Notes: generated by a model not told the origin, from the sequence alone. A stretch of DNA of 64,000 nucleotides from Desulfatiglandales bacterium (GCA_963662465.1 OY759599.1:7200001-7264000), one strand, 5' to 3'. Positions 41,366-52,035 are shown, counted from the first letter of the stretch. Program-made: numbers and translations.

Positions 41366-42640
41366 TTATGGTTTTAATTGATTTGGCAGAAAAAGACTGA
41401 GACCGGGCCAATAGGTAATCAACAGCAGGGTCAGCAGAAGGAGGAGGAGAAAGGGGAGGGTGGCCTTGTAAAGCCTGACCACCGGCTGATTGAATCGTGA
41501 GCTTGCGATAAAAAGATTGAGCCCCACGGGGGGGGTGTTATAGCCGATGGCCAGGTTTGCCAGAAAGATGATGCCCAAATGTACCGGATCAACCCCGAAT
41601 CGGTCGGCCAGGGGAACAATCAGGGGAACCACCACGAGAATGGCGCTGAAAATGTCCATCATGCAGCCCACCAGGATGAGAAAAATATTAAGCACCATCA
41701 AAAAACCGATTTTCGTTTCTACCAGGCCCTCCATGAATGCCAGTATTTTCATGGGAATAAAGGCGTCCACCAGATAATTGGTGAAGGCGAGGGCCGCCCC
41801 CAGAATGATCATGATGCCCCCCACCATCTGCATACTCTCCTTCATGATATCGGGTAAATCCCGGGTAAGGCTGAGTTCCCGGAACACCAGGGTTTTAATC
41901 AGCAGCACATAAACCACCGTAAGGGCCGCCGCTTCCGTGGCGGTGCAGAAGCCGGAATAGATGCCCCCCAGGATGAGGATGGGAATGGGCAACTCCCAGA
42001 CTGCCCCTTTAAACGCCGTCCAAAACTCTCTTCCCGAAAAAGCCGGTCGTGCAAGGCGCCATTTTCGTCCCATGTAAACGGAAAAGAGGCAGAGAATCCC
42101 CACCATCAGGGTTCCCGGCAGCAGTCCTGCCATAAAAAGCTGTTCGATGCTTGTGCCTGAAACAAAGCCATAGAGGATAATGGGCAGGCTCGGGGGGAAA
42201 TGGAGCCCCAGGCTTCCGGACGTGGTCATGAGCCCCAGAGAGAAGTCTTCGCTGTAATTCTCCGAGATGAGCGCTGGAAAGAGAAGTCCCCCCAGGGCAA
42301 TGATGGTGATGCCGGTGGCGCCGGTGATGGCGGTGAAAAAGGCGCATGACACCAGGGCCACGACGCCCAGGCCCCCGGGCAGCCACCCCAGAAGGCTTCT
42401 GGAAAACCGGACCAGGCGGGCGGATGTCCCCCCTTGGGCCAACAGGTATCCGGCAAAGGTAAACAGGGGGATCGCCAGTAGAATTGGCGTGTTGGCCAGC
42501 CTGAAGATTTCGATGGGGATGGCGCCGAAAGGGACGTCGCTGGTCAAAAACCCCAGCATGGCGGCCGCCAGGATACCTACAAACAGCGGCAGACCTAAGA
42601 TGATGCAGAGAATCAGGACGACCGCCATGGTGAGGATCAT
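41366..42640 (-). CDS. dctM: TRAP transporter large permease
   Basis: LLAIPLF, PPS, TATEAA, GVDPVHLG, TPPVGLNL. Confidence 0.93.
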   Translation of the reverse strand: MILTMAVVLILCIILGLPLFVGILAAAMLGFLTSDVPFGAIPIEIFRLANTPILLAIPLFTFAGYLLAQGGTSARLVRFSRSLLGWLPGGLGVVALVSCAFFTAITGATGITIIALGGLLFPALISENYSEDFSLGLMTTSGSLGLHFPPSLPIILYGFVSGTSIEQLFMAGLLPGTLMVGILCLFSVYMGRKWRLARPAFSGREFWTAFKGAVWELPIPILILGGIYSGFCTATEAAALTVVYVLLIKTLVFRELSLTRDLPDIMKESMQMVGGIMIILGAALAFTNYLVDAFIPMKILAFMEGLVETKIGFLMVLNIFLILVGCMMDIFSAILVVVPLIVPLADRFGVDPVHLGIIFLANLAIGYNTPPVGLNLFIASSRFNQPVVRLYKATLPFLLLLLLTLLLITYWPGLSLFLPNQLKP

Positions 42641-43164
42641 TTCAAAAAGCCTCGAAGCATCCGGGTCCCTTCATGGATGGCCTGGATCAGGAACCGGAAA
42701 AAGAGCAGAGAGAACCCCGCCGGCAGGATCAGTTGACCCACCCAGTTGGGCAGATAAAAGAGGCTTTTGCCGCCAAACTCCATCTCCATGGCCACATGAT
42801 CAACGCATACCTTGATCATGATGCCGGTGATGAAAACAGAGACCACCGCCAGAACGAACCCTCTCACCGGAAGCCATTGGGGCGGCAGGAGTGTTCCGAA
42901 GAGATCGATTTTGATGTGTTTATTTTCTCTGGTGAGGAGCGATGCCCCCAGAAACGTGAGCCACAGGACCAGCAGCTGGACCAGTGGACCGGACCAATCC
43001 AAGCGTCCCAGTACTTCATTGGCCCAGTGAAAATGCCCGTGGGTATAAAGGCTTCTAAAGCCCACTTGAACAAATGTCAGCACCACCATAGCCCAGAGCA
43101 AGCCAATGATCAACCACCCTTCAATCCTGGCCAGGATCCGGTCGATGAGCTGGAGTGTTTTCAT
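42637..43164 (-). CDS. dctQ: TRAP transporter small permease
   Basis: Four TM segments, FLGA..HIKID. Confidence 0.9.
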   Translation of the reverse strand: MKTLQLIDRILARIEGWLIIGLLWAMVVLTFVQVGFRSLYTHGHFHWANEVLGRLDWSGPLVQLLVLWLTFLGASLLTRENKHIKIDLFGTLLPPQWLPVRGFVLAVVSVFITGIMIKVCVDHVAMEMEFGGKSLFYLPNWVGQLILPAGFSLLFFRFLIQAIHEGTRMLRGFLK

Positions 43165-43173
43165 GGGGATTTC

Positions 43174-44208
43174 CTAATTCAACATTCCTGCTGCCTCGGG
43201 TCTCTTAAGGATTTCATAAACCCGCAAAAGCAGTTCTTTGGGGTAGATGTCGCCGCAAAGCTTTCGGGCAACCGCCGTGTGAACGTGGTAAAAGGGTTTG
43301 CGCGCTTCCTCGTCAGGCGCTGGAATGACGGTAATGCCGCTGTCTTGTATGATCCGGATGGCTTCTTCACTTTGTTGGCGCAAGGTTTCGGTGAGATCCG
43401 CCATGTCGCTTACAAGGGTTTCTTGAAGCAGGGCGGCCAAATCCGGGGGCAATTTTTTGAAATACTTGGAGGAGATGAGGATGGCGCCCGTGGAGTGGAC
43501 CAGGGGCAATGCCATCATGAAGGATAGTTTCGATTGCCATTGAAGGGCCAGGGCGCCCAGCGGCGGCGCATAGACCGTATCGATCATCCCCGTGTTCAGC
43601 GCCGTGGCGACATCCGTTATGGCGAGGGGAATAGGGTTGACCCCCATGGCGACAAAGGTTTCCTTTGAAATGGGATCCCCTGCCCAGGTCCAGATTTTAA
43701 GGCCCGTGAGGTCATCCAGGGTATGGATGGCTTTCTGTGAGAAAATATTGACATTTCCCACTTCGGCCCAGGCCAGAAGCGTGAACCCTTTTTTCTGGAA
43801 TTGTTCGGCGAAAAAGGTGAAAAGCGCCTGATGAACCTGGTCTACTTCCCGGTCGTTTCTGAAAAGGTAGGGGAGATCCAGCACCCGAACCATTGGGAGG
43901 ATTTTTCCAAACCCAACCCCTGAAAAAGCGGCACACTGAATCTGACCGATCCGCATTTTCTTAAGCACGTCCAGCTCATCTCCGGCAACGCCGCCCGCAT
44001 AGATGCGAAGTCCCAGCCGACCCCCGCTTTTTTCCCTGAGTTCTTTATCGACACGCCTGATCTGTTTGACCCAGGTGCTGCCTTCCGGGGCTACCGTGGC
44101 GAACTTGATCAGATACTGGGGCTTTTTTGCGGCGAACGCAGGTGATTGGAGGCCGAAAAGGCATCCCAAACCCATGAGAAGCGACATGTAAAGTGTTGTC
44201 TTTTTCAT
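43174..44208 (-). CDS. dctP: TRAP substrate-binding protein (TatP-type)
   Basis: Signal peptide ending AFA, KFATVAPEGSTW, GGVAGDE, ALxTGMID. Confidence 0.9.
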   Translation of the reverse strand: MKKTTLYMSLLMGLGCLFGLQSPAFAAKKPQYLIKFATVAPEGSTWVKQIRRVDKELREKSGGRLGLRIYAGGVAGDELDVLKKMRIGQIQCAAFSGVGFGKILPMVRVLDLPYLFRNDREVDQVHQALFTFFAEQFQKKGFTLLAWAEVGNVNIFSQKAIHTLDDLTGLKIWTWAGDPISKETFVAMGVNPIPLAITDVATALNTGMIDTVYAPPLGALALQWQSKLSFMMALPLVHSTGAILISSKYFKKLPPDLAALLQETLVSDMADLTETLRQQSEEAIRIIQDSGITVIPAPDEEARKPFYHVHTAVARKLCGDIYPKELLLRVYEILKRPEAAGMLN

Positions 44209-44243
44209 AAAATCTCCCATAAGTGACGAGTGACAAGTGACCG

Positions 44244-45092
44244 TCAAAAAAACAGTTCATCCGCCATTTCGGCGAGGGCTTTCATTTTCCCTTTGACTGC
44301 CTGGTTGATGAGGCAGGCGCCCTTCAGGTCATTGGGTGGTGTGTCGGCCACCTCTTTTACCAGGGTGAGAAACAAATCCTTGTCCTGCACCCGGACCGCA
44401 TAGTAGCGGGCATCGTAATATTGGGCCAGTAGAAATTTGCCATGACTCACGGCAATGGCTTTTTCAAAAAATACTTTGGCTTCGGGTGCGTTTCCGCCCA
44501 GCATTTTGGGGCGCGCCGCCAATATGGAGCCCATGAGAACATAGGGAGCGCCATGGTAAAATTCCGGTTCAATTTCCAGTACCCGTTCCAGACAGGCCTG
44601 GGCCGGGGTGCTCTCTCCCAGGGCCGCGGGATTGTCCAGGTTCAGATTGACCCATGCATTCCAGGCCATGGTGGTCCAGAAAAGCATTTCAACTTCCGAC
44701 GGCGTCACTTTTTTGAGTCGTTCCGAAATGCGTCGGGAATCCACCTTTTCCATGCCCATGGCCTTCAGTCCATAGGTTTTGGCGCGTAGATAGAGGTTGG
44801 ATGCTCTTTCAGGTTCCTTGTCTTCTACAAAGAGCATGGCATAACCTGTAAACCCCATGCAGAGTGCCGTCAGGATTTCTTGATTGCGAGGGTCGTTTTT
44901 AAGAAGGCCTTCCATCAGCTTAAGCTCCGCGGGAAGGGACGCTTCGGCCAGTTTCAGGTCGCATTCCTCAAAGAAAGCACTGGTAAAACCGGGAACCATG
45001 GCGGTGGCGACAGGCATGACCAACCGGGTACAACCCCCTGCTAAAAGCCCCGGCAACACCATTAAAACCAATGACAAGCAGAATCTTTTCAT
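44244..45092 (-). CDS. tatT: TRAP-associated TatT lipoprotein
   Basis: Lipobox-like LAGGC, helical repeats, YLRAxxYG, PxMLGG; first gene of the TRAP operon. Confidence 0.8.
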   Translation of the reverse strand: MKRFCLSLVLMVLPGLLAGGCTRLVMPVATAMVPGFTSAFFEECDLKLAEASLPAELKLMEGLLKNDPRNQEILTALCMGFTGYAMLFVEDKEPERASNLYLRAKTYGLKAMGMEKVDSRRISERLKKVTPSEVEMLFWTTMAWNAWVNLNLDNPAALGESTPAQACLERVLEIEPEFYHGAPYVLMGSILAARPKMLGGNAPEAKVFFEKAIAVSHGKFLLAQYYDARYYAVRVQDKDLFLTLVKEVADTPPNDLKGACLINQAVKGKMKALAEMADELFF

Positions 45093-45133
45093 AATTTATG
45101 CCTGAATGGAAACTCCAAAATATAGCTTTTCAA

Positions 45134-45182
45134 TAAACCTAAAACCTAAAACTTAAAACTTAAAACTTAAAACTTAAAACCG
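45134..45182. repeat. Heptamer tandem repeat (AAAAC[C/T]T) x7
   Basis: TAAACCT AAAACCT (AAAACTT)4 AAAACCG in the intergenic region upstream of tatT. Confidence 0.9.
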
Positions 45183-45189
45183 TGCCTGA

Positions 45190-46413
45190 TTAATACCCGA
45201 TGAATGGATCTTTTGGGCCAATGGGCTCTTTCAACAGCTTGTCCGCTACAAACTGGGCGCCTGCGCCGTTTTCCATGTTGAACACCTGGTTGTAATAGCC
45301 AAGTGCCCGATCCCTGTTTCCGCTAAGGTCATAGCTCATCCCCAGCTTGATGAGGGGCCAGGCGATCATGGCCGGGTCATGCACAGGATCGGGATTTTTC
45401 AGGATTTCTTCCAGACTGGATCTTGCTTTGGTGTAGCGCCCTTGATAGAGATCGTTTATGGATTCAAGATAAAGTGCCCGTTTTTTCCAAATGGCGGCGG
45501 TTTCAGGCGATGGCGCTTTACGGCTTCTGGTTAACAGGTTTTGCAACACTTCCCGGTATTGGCGATCTTTGCCCATGCGAATAAAACAGACCCCTTCAAG
45601 GGTTTTGAGTCTGGGATTGTTCGGATAACGGTTTGATAATTCGGCGGCAAACGCCAGGGCCTCCGGAAAGTTCTGTTCGGAAAAGAGTTCGATATAAAGG
45701 AGGACGCTTTTGGCTTCCGTTGATGAATAGGTGGCGTGTAATGCCGCCTCGTTCAACTTTTTGAGCCCCTCTTTTCGGTCGCCCCGGTGCAGGAGAAAAT
45801 AGGTCAAAAATTTCAGAACCCCTGACAGTCGGGCCGTATAATAATCGAAGGTGCCGATTCCCAGCAGCACATCCTTGTTGTCCGGCGCCATTTCCCGGCA
45901 GGTCTTGAGGGCGCTGATGGCATCCGAGGCCAGAAGAAATGACGAAAACATATTGCCTTTCATGAGTTCAAAGCGGCCCTTGAATCCCAGCGCCCCGCCA
46001 AGATAGAAAAAATCGTAACTGTTTGCGCCCTTGCCGTCAACACGGGTCTGTGCAACTTCGATAGCCCGATCGATCCGCCTTTTGAACTCCGTTACCATCT
46101 CGGGGGTCCAAAAACCCGCGGCCAGTCTGGACCATGTGATCATGGCCAGGTAAAAATAGCCGCCGGGGTCTTGGGGGTTGTCCGTGGTCATTTCCTTAAA
46201 CAGTGCTTCGGCATCCGTGAACCGGCGATCGTAAATCATGTTGATGCCGGCCAATATCCGCTGGTTTCCCTGAAACGTCGGGATGGGCGGATTATCCTTT
46301 GTTTCAAAGCCATGGAGGTGATGAAGTGAAACGCCTGGAGAAAATAGGAAGAGAAAGATAACGGCGATGAAGAAGATGCATTGGCGTCTGATTCTCGGGG
46401 TTATATTTTTCAT
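45190..46413 (-). CDS. Exported tetratricopeptide-repeat protein
   Basis: N-terminal hydrophobic segment and TPR-like helices (LGMSYDLSGNRDRALGYY). Confidence 0.75.
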   Translation of the reverse strand: MKNITPRIRRQCIFFIAVIFLFLFSPGVSLHHLHGFETKDNPPIPTFQGNQRILAGINMIYDRRFTDAEALFKEMTTDNPQDPGGYFYLAMITWSRLAAGFWTPEMVTEFKRRIDRAIEVAQTRVDGKGANSYDFFYLGGALGFKGRFELMKGNMFSSFLLASDAISALKTCREMAPDNKDVLLGIGTFDYYTARLSGVLKFLTYFLLHRGDRKEGLKKLNEAALHATYSSTEAKSVLLYIELFSEQNFPEALAFAAELSNRYPNNPRLKTLEGVCFIRMGKDRQYREVLQNLLTRSRKAPSPETAAIWKKRALYLESINDLYQGRYTKARSSLEEILKNPDPVHDPAMIAWPLIKLGMSYDLSGNRDRALGYYNQVFNMENGAGAQFVADKLLKEPIGPKDPFIGY

Positions 46414-46706
46414 GAAGGGTTTGGGCCTCTACCCGGGCGCATTCTTTCGTACGGTCACGTACTGCCGTTCATTCAAAGTAGGTTACATGAGCCCATGCTT
46501 TTGTGCAAGCTTTGAATGGGATAGACCCTATTTTCCCCAAGTGAACCCCATGTTCCGGAGAGAATCTGTTTTGTGAATGAATCCTGAAAGAATTTATGGT
46601 TTTTTTTTATTTGTGTATTAACTTCTACCGTTAATTGTTTGAATTGGTGAAAGAAATCTCAAGGGAAGGATTGCCTGACGGGAAAAATATTACGGCGAGG
46701 ATCAAG

Positions 46707-47585
46707 ATGAAGATACTCATTTTTGGCGCTTCGGGTGGGCTGGGAAGCGATTGCAGAAAGGTTCTGGGGCTGGAGCATGAGGTGATTTGCCCCAGCAAGG
46801 AGGATGTCAATATTGTCAGTTGGGATGTGGTTATCGAAGCTTTTGATTCCTTGGACCCGGATATTGTCCTCAATTGTGTTGGGTTAACGGATCTTGAGGC
46901 CTGTGAAACCGATGCCTTTACCGTTAAAAAGGTCAACGTTGAGGGTCCCAGGAATCTGGCCCAGTCCTCCGCCAGGTTTGGCTGCAAAATTGTGCATGTG
47001 TCCTGCGGGGACGTGTTTGACGGGCGGAAAGGGATGCCGCAGCCGTATTTTGAAGATGATGCGCCAAACCCGTTTTCCGCCTACGGAAAAAGTAAGCTGG
47101 AGAGTGAAACAGCCGTTCGCGGCAACTCTCCGAACTATATTATTGTTCGCTCCAATTGGCTATACGGCATTCATGGCAACAATTTCGTTAAATCCGTTGT
47201 GCAACAGGCAGTTTGCGGGGGGGAGGCGCCCATTCGGGCGGCCGACGACCAGTTTGGCGCGCCTACCTGGAACCATAGATTGGCGTTGCAGATCAGGGAG
47301 TTGCTGAACAAAGACGGCCGGGGATCATACCATGCCACGGCTTACGGTTACTGCAGTCGTTTTGAATTGGCTCAGTATGTTGTAAACAAGTTGCATCTAA
47401 AGGCGTCTATTGAGCCTTGCAGTCTGAAGACATTAAATGGGGGGCATTTGTTGCCGGTCAATGGCCTCCTTGAAAACAGGCTTTCAAAGAAACAGGGAGT
47501 CAATGTGATGGCGCCCTGGAAAAAGGACCTGGATATATTTCTTGAGGAGTACGGAGATCAGCTTATCGAAGAAGCCAAAGCATGA
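46707..47585 (+). CDS. rfbD: dTDP-4-dehydrorhamnose reductase-like SDR
   Basis: GASGGLG, VFDG, YGKSK, DQFGAPT; the STDY motif is altered to SCGD. Confidence 0.8.
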   Translation: MKILIFGASGGLGSDCRKVLGLEHEVICPSKEDVNIVSWDVVIEAFDSLDPDIVLNCVGLTDLEACETDAFTVKKVNVEGPRNLAQSSARFGCKIVHVSCGDVFDGRKGMPQPYFEDDAPNPFSAYGKSKLESETAVRGNSPNYIIVRSNWLYGIHGNNFVKSVVQQAVCGGEAPIRAADDQFGAPTWNHRLALQIRELLNKDGRGSYHATAYGYCSRFELAQYVVNKLHLKASIEPCSLKTLNGGHLLPVNGLLENRLSKKQGVNVMAPWKKDLDIFLEEYGDQLIEEAKA

Positions 47586-48037
47586 TGAAAGTATTGCTGT
47601 CGATTCTGGGGCTTGCCTATCTGGTCAGCCCCTACGATCTTTTTCCGGATTTTTTTGTCGGTGTGGGGTGGCTGGATGACCTGGTGGTACTGGGAGCGCT
47701 CTGGTGGTATTTGTATGTTTATAAGCGCAAGCAAAACGGTTACGAAAATGTGGGCGCCGGTGAGGATCAACAGCAGGCTCGGACATCCCGGAGCGATAAT
47801 GGGGGTTCGGACCCGTCGCAAAAAGAAAAGGCCTCTTCCACCCGAGCGAAGGACCCCTATACCATACTCAATGTGAACCGGAACGCTTCCCAGAAAGAAA
47901 TCAGGGCGGCATACCGGACGCTTGCCGGTCAGTATCATCCGGACAAGGTGTCGCACCTGGGAGAGGAATTCAGGGAACTGGCTGAAAATCGGTTCAAGGA
48001 GATCCAGGCCGCTTATGAGGCATTAAGGGTCAAATAG
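47582..48037 (+). CDS. DUF1232 (YkvA-like) membrane domain fused to a DnaJ J-domain
   Basis: [35 protein letters not shown]. Confidence 0.88.
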   Translation: MMKVLLSILGLAYLVSPYDLFPDFFVGVGWLDDLVVLGALWWYLYVYKRKQNGYENVGAGEDQQQARTSRSDNGGSDPSQKEKASSTRAKDPYTILNVNRNASQKEIRAAYRTLAGQYHPDKVSHLGEEFRELAENRFKEIQAAYEALRVK

Positions 48038-49945
48038 CGCGCCCCAGCACCCCGCCCTCATAGATGGCCGCCTTGGCGCTTCTCGGTTCAAGGCAGTCGC
48101 CGATGCGGTGGACTTCATAACCCATTGATTTTATATCGTTGAAAAGGCTTTCATCCGGTTTGTTTCCGATTGAGAAGACCACATGATCTGCGGGAAGGGT
48201 GGTCTGTCCACCGTCCTTTTCGGAAATGACCACCCCATTGCTGAGAACACGGATCAGTCTGCAATGGGTCTTGAAGGATACATGGTTTTCCTTGAGTTTT
48301 CTTATCAGGATCTTTTTGGTCATGCTTTCCAGTTTCGTCCCCAGCTTGGGAAGCATTTCCACAATGGTCACTTGATAACCGGTTTCTGAAAGATGAAGGG
48401 CGATTTCACAACCGGTGGGACCTCCCCCCACCACAACGATTTTTTTTCCTGCTCTCCTTTGCCCGTTCAGGGCGTCATGGATTGAGATCACAAGGGGGTT
48501 GTCAATCCCTTCTACGGGGGGATAGATCGGCACGGACCCGGTGGCCAGGACGACCACGTCAGGTGCGTGGGTTTTCAGGGTGTCGGGGGTTACCTCCTCG
48601 TTTAGATGGCATGCTACTCCGAACCGCTCCATCTGTTTTATCTGGAACCGGATCAGCTTGCGAAGTTCTTTTTTGTAGTGGGTGACGCTTCCCAGTATCA
48701 ACTGCCCGCCCAGTTGGGACCCTCTTTCAAACAGATGTACATCGTGTCCCCGTCTGGCCGCCACCCATGCCACATTCAAACCACCGGGGCCGGCGCCGAC
48801 AACCATCACTTTTTTGATGGTTTTGGCAGGATGAAAGGCCATTTCCTTCTCGCGCCCCAGGGTTGGGTTGACCAGGCACTCCACCCGGCCTTTTCTGAAA
48901 ATGGATTCCATACAGGTGTTGCAGGCAATGCAGGTCCTGATATCGTCCAGGCGGCCTTCCCTGGCTTTATTGGGCATTTCGGGATCCGCCAGCAGTCCCC
49001 GACCCATGCAGACAAGATCAGCCTTTCCGGTTTTGATGATCTCTTCCGCGAGCAGGGGATCGTTTATTCTTCCCACCGCCATGATGGGGACATCCAATTC
49101 CTTTTTGATGGCCCAGGCGAAGTCCGTGAGACATGCCTTTTCCATGAACATGGGTTGGCAGATCCATTCCGGGGTCGCATCATTGCCGGCGGATACCTGT
49201 ATGACGTCAACCCCCTCTTTTACGAGAATCTTCAGAATTTCAAGGCTTTCCTCAACCGTAAGGCCGTCTTTTACAAATTCAACGGCGCTGATTTTAAAAG
49301 AGATGGGGAATGCTTTACCCACCCGTTTTCGAACTTCTTGAACGATTTCTTGAGCAAACCGTGTCCGGCCCACGATATCCCCCCCGTATGCGTCCTGCCG
49401 GATATTGGAAAACCGGGATAGAAACTGGTTGATCAGATATCCGTGGGCCCCATGAATCTCGATAAGTTCAAACCCTGCTTGCAGGGCGCGGTTCGCCGCA
49501 TCGCCGAATTTTTGCACCAGTTCCTGAATGCCGTTCACCGTGAGGGGCGTCACTTCTCCCCGAATGGAGGGGCAGGGAAGGGGCGAGGGGGCGACGGGTT
49601 GTCCGTTAATGACCTTGGCGGAGGTCTGCCGGCCGCCATGGTGAATCTGGACCGCGGGAACAGCGCCTTCCGACTTCATGGCCTGAGCAATTTTTGAAAG
49701 TCCCTCTACAAACCGATCGTCAAAGATCCTGGCCTGATGGGGGGAAACGATGCCTTCCGGTGAGACGGCGCAGGCCTCCATAATGACCATGCAGGACCCC
49801 CGGCGGCTCTGCGTCGATAATGTTCAATGGCTTCCTGAGGAATGGACCCGTCATTTTCGATCAAAAATGAGGCCAGACCGGGCATGACGATCCTGTTTTT
49901 GAGTTGGCGTCCTTTGATTGAAAACGTGGAAAATAGATGTTCCAT
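48030..49945 (-). pseudogene. NADH:flavin oxidoreductase (old yellow enzyme, FMN/[4Fe-4S]/FAD), single frameshift near 49792
   Basis: LKNRIVMP..RAAGGP in one frame; MVIMEA..EIHGAHGYL, CIACNTC, GAGPGG in the next; one base missing. Confidence 0.85.
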
Positions 49946-50097
49946 GATGATGGCGTTTTGCCTCCTTGAGTGACACGGTTCAGGAAGGGGGAAGTATAGG
50001 AAAACCGTACGGAAGTTGTCAAATAAAAACCCGAAATGTCGGCAACTCCGTTTTTTGAAGGGGAATCCCTTGGGGCGGGTTTTTTCTTTCTAATGGG

Positions 50098-51117
50098 CTA
50101 TTTATTCCACAGCGGCGGCGCCCCGGGTCTTTGGATGATCAGGGCTTCCGCATTCCAGGGTGTGGGATGAGATTTTTTCCTCCCCCTCAGTTCACAGGCA
50201 TAGCGGCGGCACACCGGGCAGTCGGGATCTGCACATGGGTCCAGGTGGACCAGGGCTTTGGCCCTGCCTTCAAAATAGCCCTCAATGACCGCTTCCGCTT
50301 CTTCGGCTTCTATGTGCGCTTCCGCCAGGGTGAAATCTCTGGGTAGAATCATGTGAAGGCTTACGTTTATGAAACTGCCCGAACGAAAGGCCCTGAGTTC
50401 ATGTATCCCTACCCAATTGTCTTTGCGGTGTTTCTCTAGAAGTGAAGAAATTTCTTCCAGAAGCTCCGGCTCGGCTTTGTCCATGAGCCCCGCGGAAGAT
50501 TTTTTTATCAGCATGATGCCGGTATAAAGAATACTGAAACCCACCATGCAGGCTGTGGCGCCATCCAGCCAGTAGATTCCTGTCAGGTGTACCAGTAAAA
50601 GGCCAATCAGAACGCCGGCAGAAGTATATACATCGGTCAGGATATGTTTTCCATCGGCGGTGAGGGCCATGGAATGGGCTGTGTTTCCTACCCGAACAAG
50701 AGTGAGCCCCAGGATGAGGTTTACCAGCCCTGCTCCCAGAAGTATGAATAGACCGTCCGTAAGGTTCGGGAGTTGTTGTGGATGAAAAAGGTGGTCCCAT
50801 CCGGTTTTGAAAATGCCGATGGCGGCAATGATGATCAGTGCGCCTTCGAATCCGGCGGAGAAATATTCTACTTTCCCGTGTCCGTAGGGGTGGTTTTTAT
50901 CCGGAGGTCTGGCGGCCATAACAATGCTGCCCAGAGCAAATGCGCTTGCGACCACATTGATGATGGATTCAAGTGCGTCCGAGAAAACGGCGGAAGAACG
51001 GGTGAGATGAAAGGCGTAGAATTTGGCGGCCATCAGGACTGCACCAACGGTGAATGACAGGCTGATGGCCATCAGGCGAGCTTTGAAATGCTTTTCCGTG
51101 GCTGTTTTCTCTTTCAA
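50098..51117 (-). CDS. Cation diffusion facilitator (FieF-like)
   Basis: SDALES, HPYGHGKVE, ADGKHILTD, LVHLDPC with Cys-rich tail. Confidence 0.92.
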   Translation of the reverse strand: MKEKTATEKHFKARLMAISLSFTVGAVLMAAKFYAFHLTRSSAVFSDALESIINVVASAFALGSIVMAARPPDKNHPYGHGKVEYFSAGFEGALIIIAAIGIFKTGWDHLFHPQQLPNLTDGLFILLGAGLVNLILGLTLVRVGNTAHSMALTADGKHILTDVYTSAGVLIGLLLVHLTGIYWLDGATACMVGFSILYTGIMLIKKSSAGLMDKAEPELLEEISSLLEKHRKDNWVGIHELRAFRSGSFINVSLHMILPRDFTLAEAHIEAEEAEAVIEGYFEGRAKALVHLDPCADPDCPVCRRYACELRGRKKSHPTPWNAEALIIQRPGAPPLWNK

Positions 51118-51166
51118 TTCCAGACCCGGGTCAACCGGCAGTGTTCAAGGATTAAAATGGGAAAAA

Positions 51167-51616
51167 TCAATGGCCCGAAAAGTAAAGCGGATGAAACTGC
51201 TTTACCAGATTCCTCAGCTTTTCAACGTTTTGGAGGTCCGTTGTTTGTTTGCATTTCATGCTGTAAACGAGGATTTGTTGGAGTATGGAGAGCATTTGAT
51301 GATAATCTTTAACCTCCGGTTTGATTCTCTGTGTCATGAAATATTGCGCCACCATGGCCTGAATTTCGGTTGCATGATGTTCTTTATTCATGATCCATCG
51401 CACCAGCTGGTTGAAATCGGGAACTTTCTCTTTTTCAATGATGGTAATTTGCTTCATTGACTTTTCAATAGTGGTAATATGCTCAAGAATCATGTTGATT
51501 CTGGCCTGGTCATCGTAAATCCCACAGGGAATCTCGCAGTGCGCGAACGCAGTGCCGACCAAAATAATAAAACAACACACGCCGACCCAGGACTGGAACA
51601 GATGCTTTTTCATCAT
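51167..51616 (-). CDS. sodN: Nickel superoxide dismutase with signal peptide
   Basis: Ni-hook HCEIPCGIYD directly after AFA; KEHHA, CKQ; AGGAGG RBS. Confidence 0.93.
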   Translation of the reverse strand: MMKKHLFQSWVGVCCFIILVGTAFAHCEIPCGIYDDQARINMILEHITTIEKSMKQITIIEKEKVPDFNQLVRWIMNKEHHATEIQAMVAQYFMTQRIKPEVKDYHQMLSILQQILVYSMKCKQTTDLQNVEKLRNLVKQFHPLYFSGH

Positions 51617-51753
51617 GACCTCCTTTTTCTCAATTGATTTTGCGGCTGAGTTTTCATCTTCGCATTGTTTATGCATCTCATATCATCTGAGTCTTGTCAA
51701 GCCTGCTAAACCCACCCCTTTGACAAGAACGGCCATATCGGAGTGTTCAGGCC

Positions 51754-51790
51754 CGGCAAAAAACGGTACAGCGCAAATCTTCCCCTAATT
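51754..51790 (+). mobile_element. Orphan right end of an IS related to 20704-22646
   Basis: 19-nt identity AAAAACGGTACAGCGCAAA (51759-51777 vs 22622-22640), both followed by a pyrimidine run and TAATT. Confidence 0.6.
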
Positions 51791-51834
51791 TCCCATATTG
51801 ACAGGTCAAAACGATTTCGTTTACTATATTTTCC

Positions 51835-52035
51835 ATGAAACTCAGCAATAAACAGAAAGAATACATCGGCAAGTTCCTCTTAGACATTTCGAAGATAATA
51901 CTGGCCGTCTTTGTTATTGGAGGCTTACTTCCAGAATCGAGAATCACTGGTCTACAAATATTCGTTGCTATTATGGAAGCCGTAGTCATTTTTGTAGGAG
52001 GTCTTTTTTTTCTTCAAGGAGGAAACAATGGTTAA
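51835..52035 (+). CDS. Small two-TM membrane protein
   Basis: 66 aa, IGKFLLDISKII; TTGACA-17-TACTAT promoter just upstream. Confidence 0.65.
   Translation: MKLSNKQKEYIGKFLLDISKIILAVFVIGGLLPESRITGLQIFVAIMEAVVIFVGGLFFLQGGNNG

Noticed and set aside
48030..49945. Assigning the OYE as an aryl-CoA (e.g. naphthoyl-CoA) reductase
   Set aside because: Only family-level motifs are visible and no aromatic-degradation genes are adjacent
51692..51728. TCTTGTCAA..TTGACAAGA inverted repeat as a nickel-regulator operator
   Set aside because: More simply explained as back-to-back TTGACA -35 boxes; it does not match the NikR-type consensus I know
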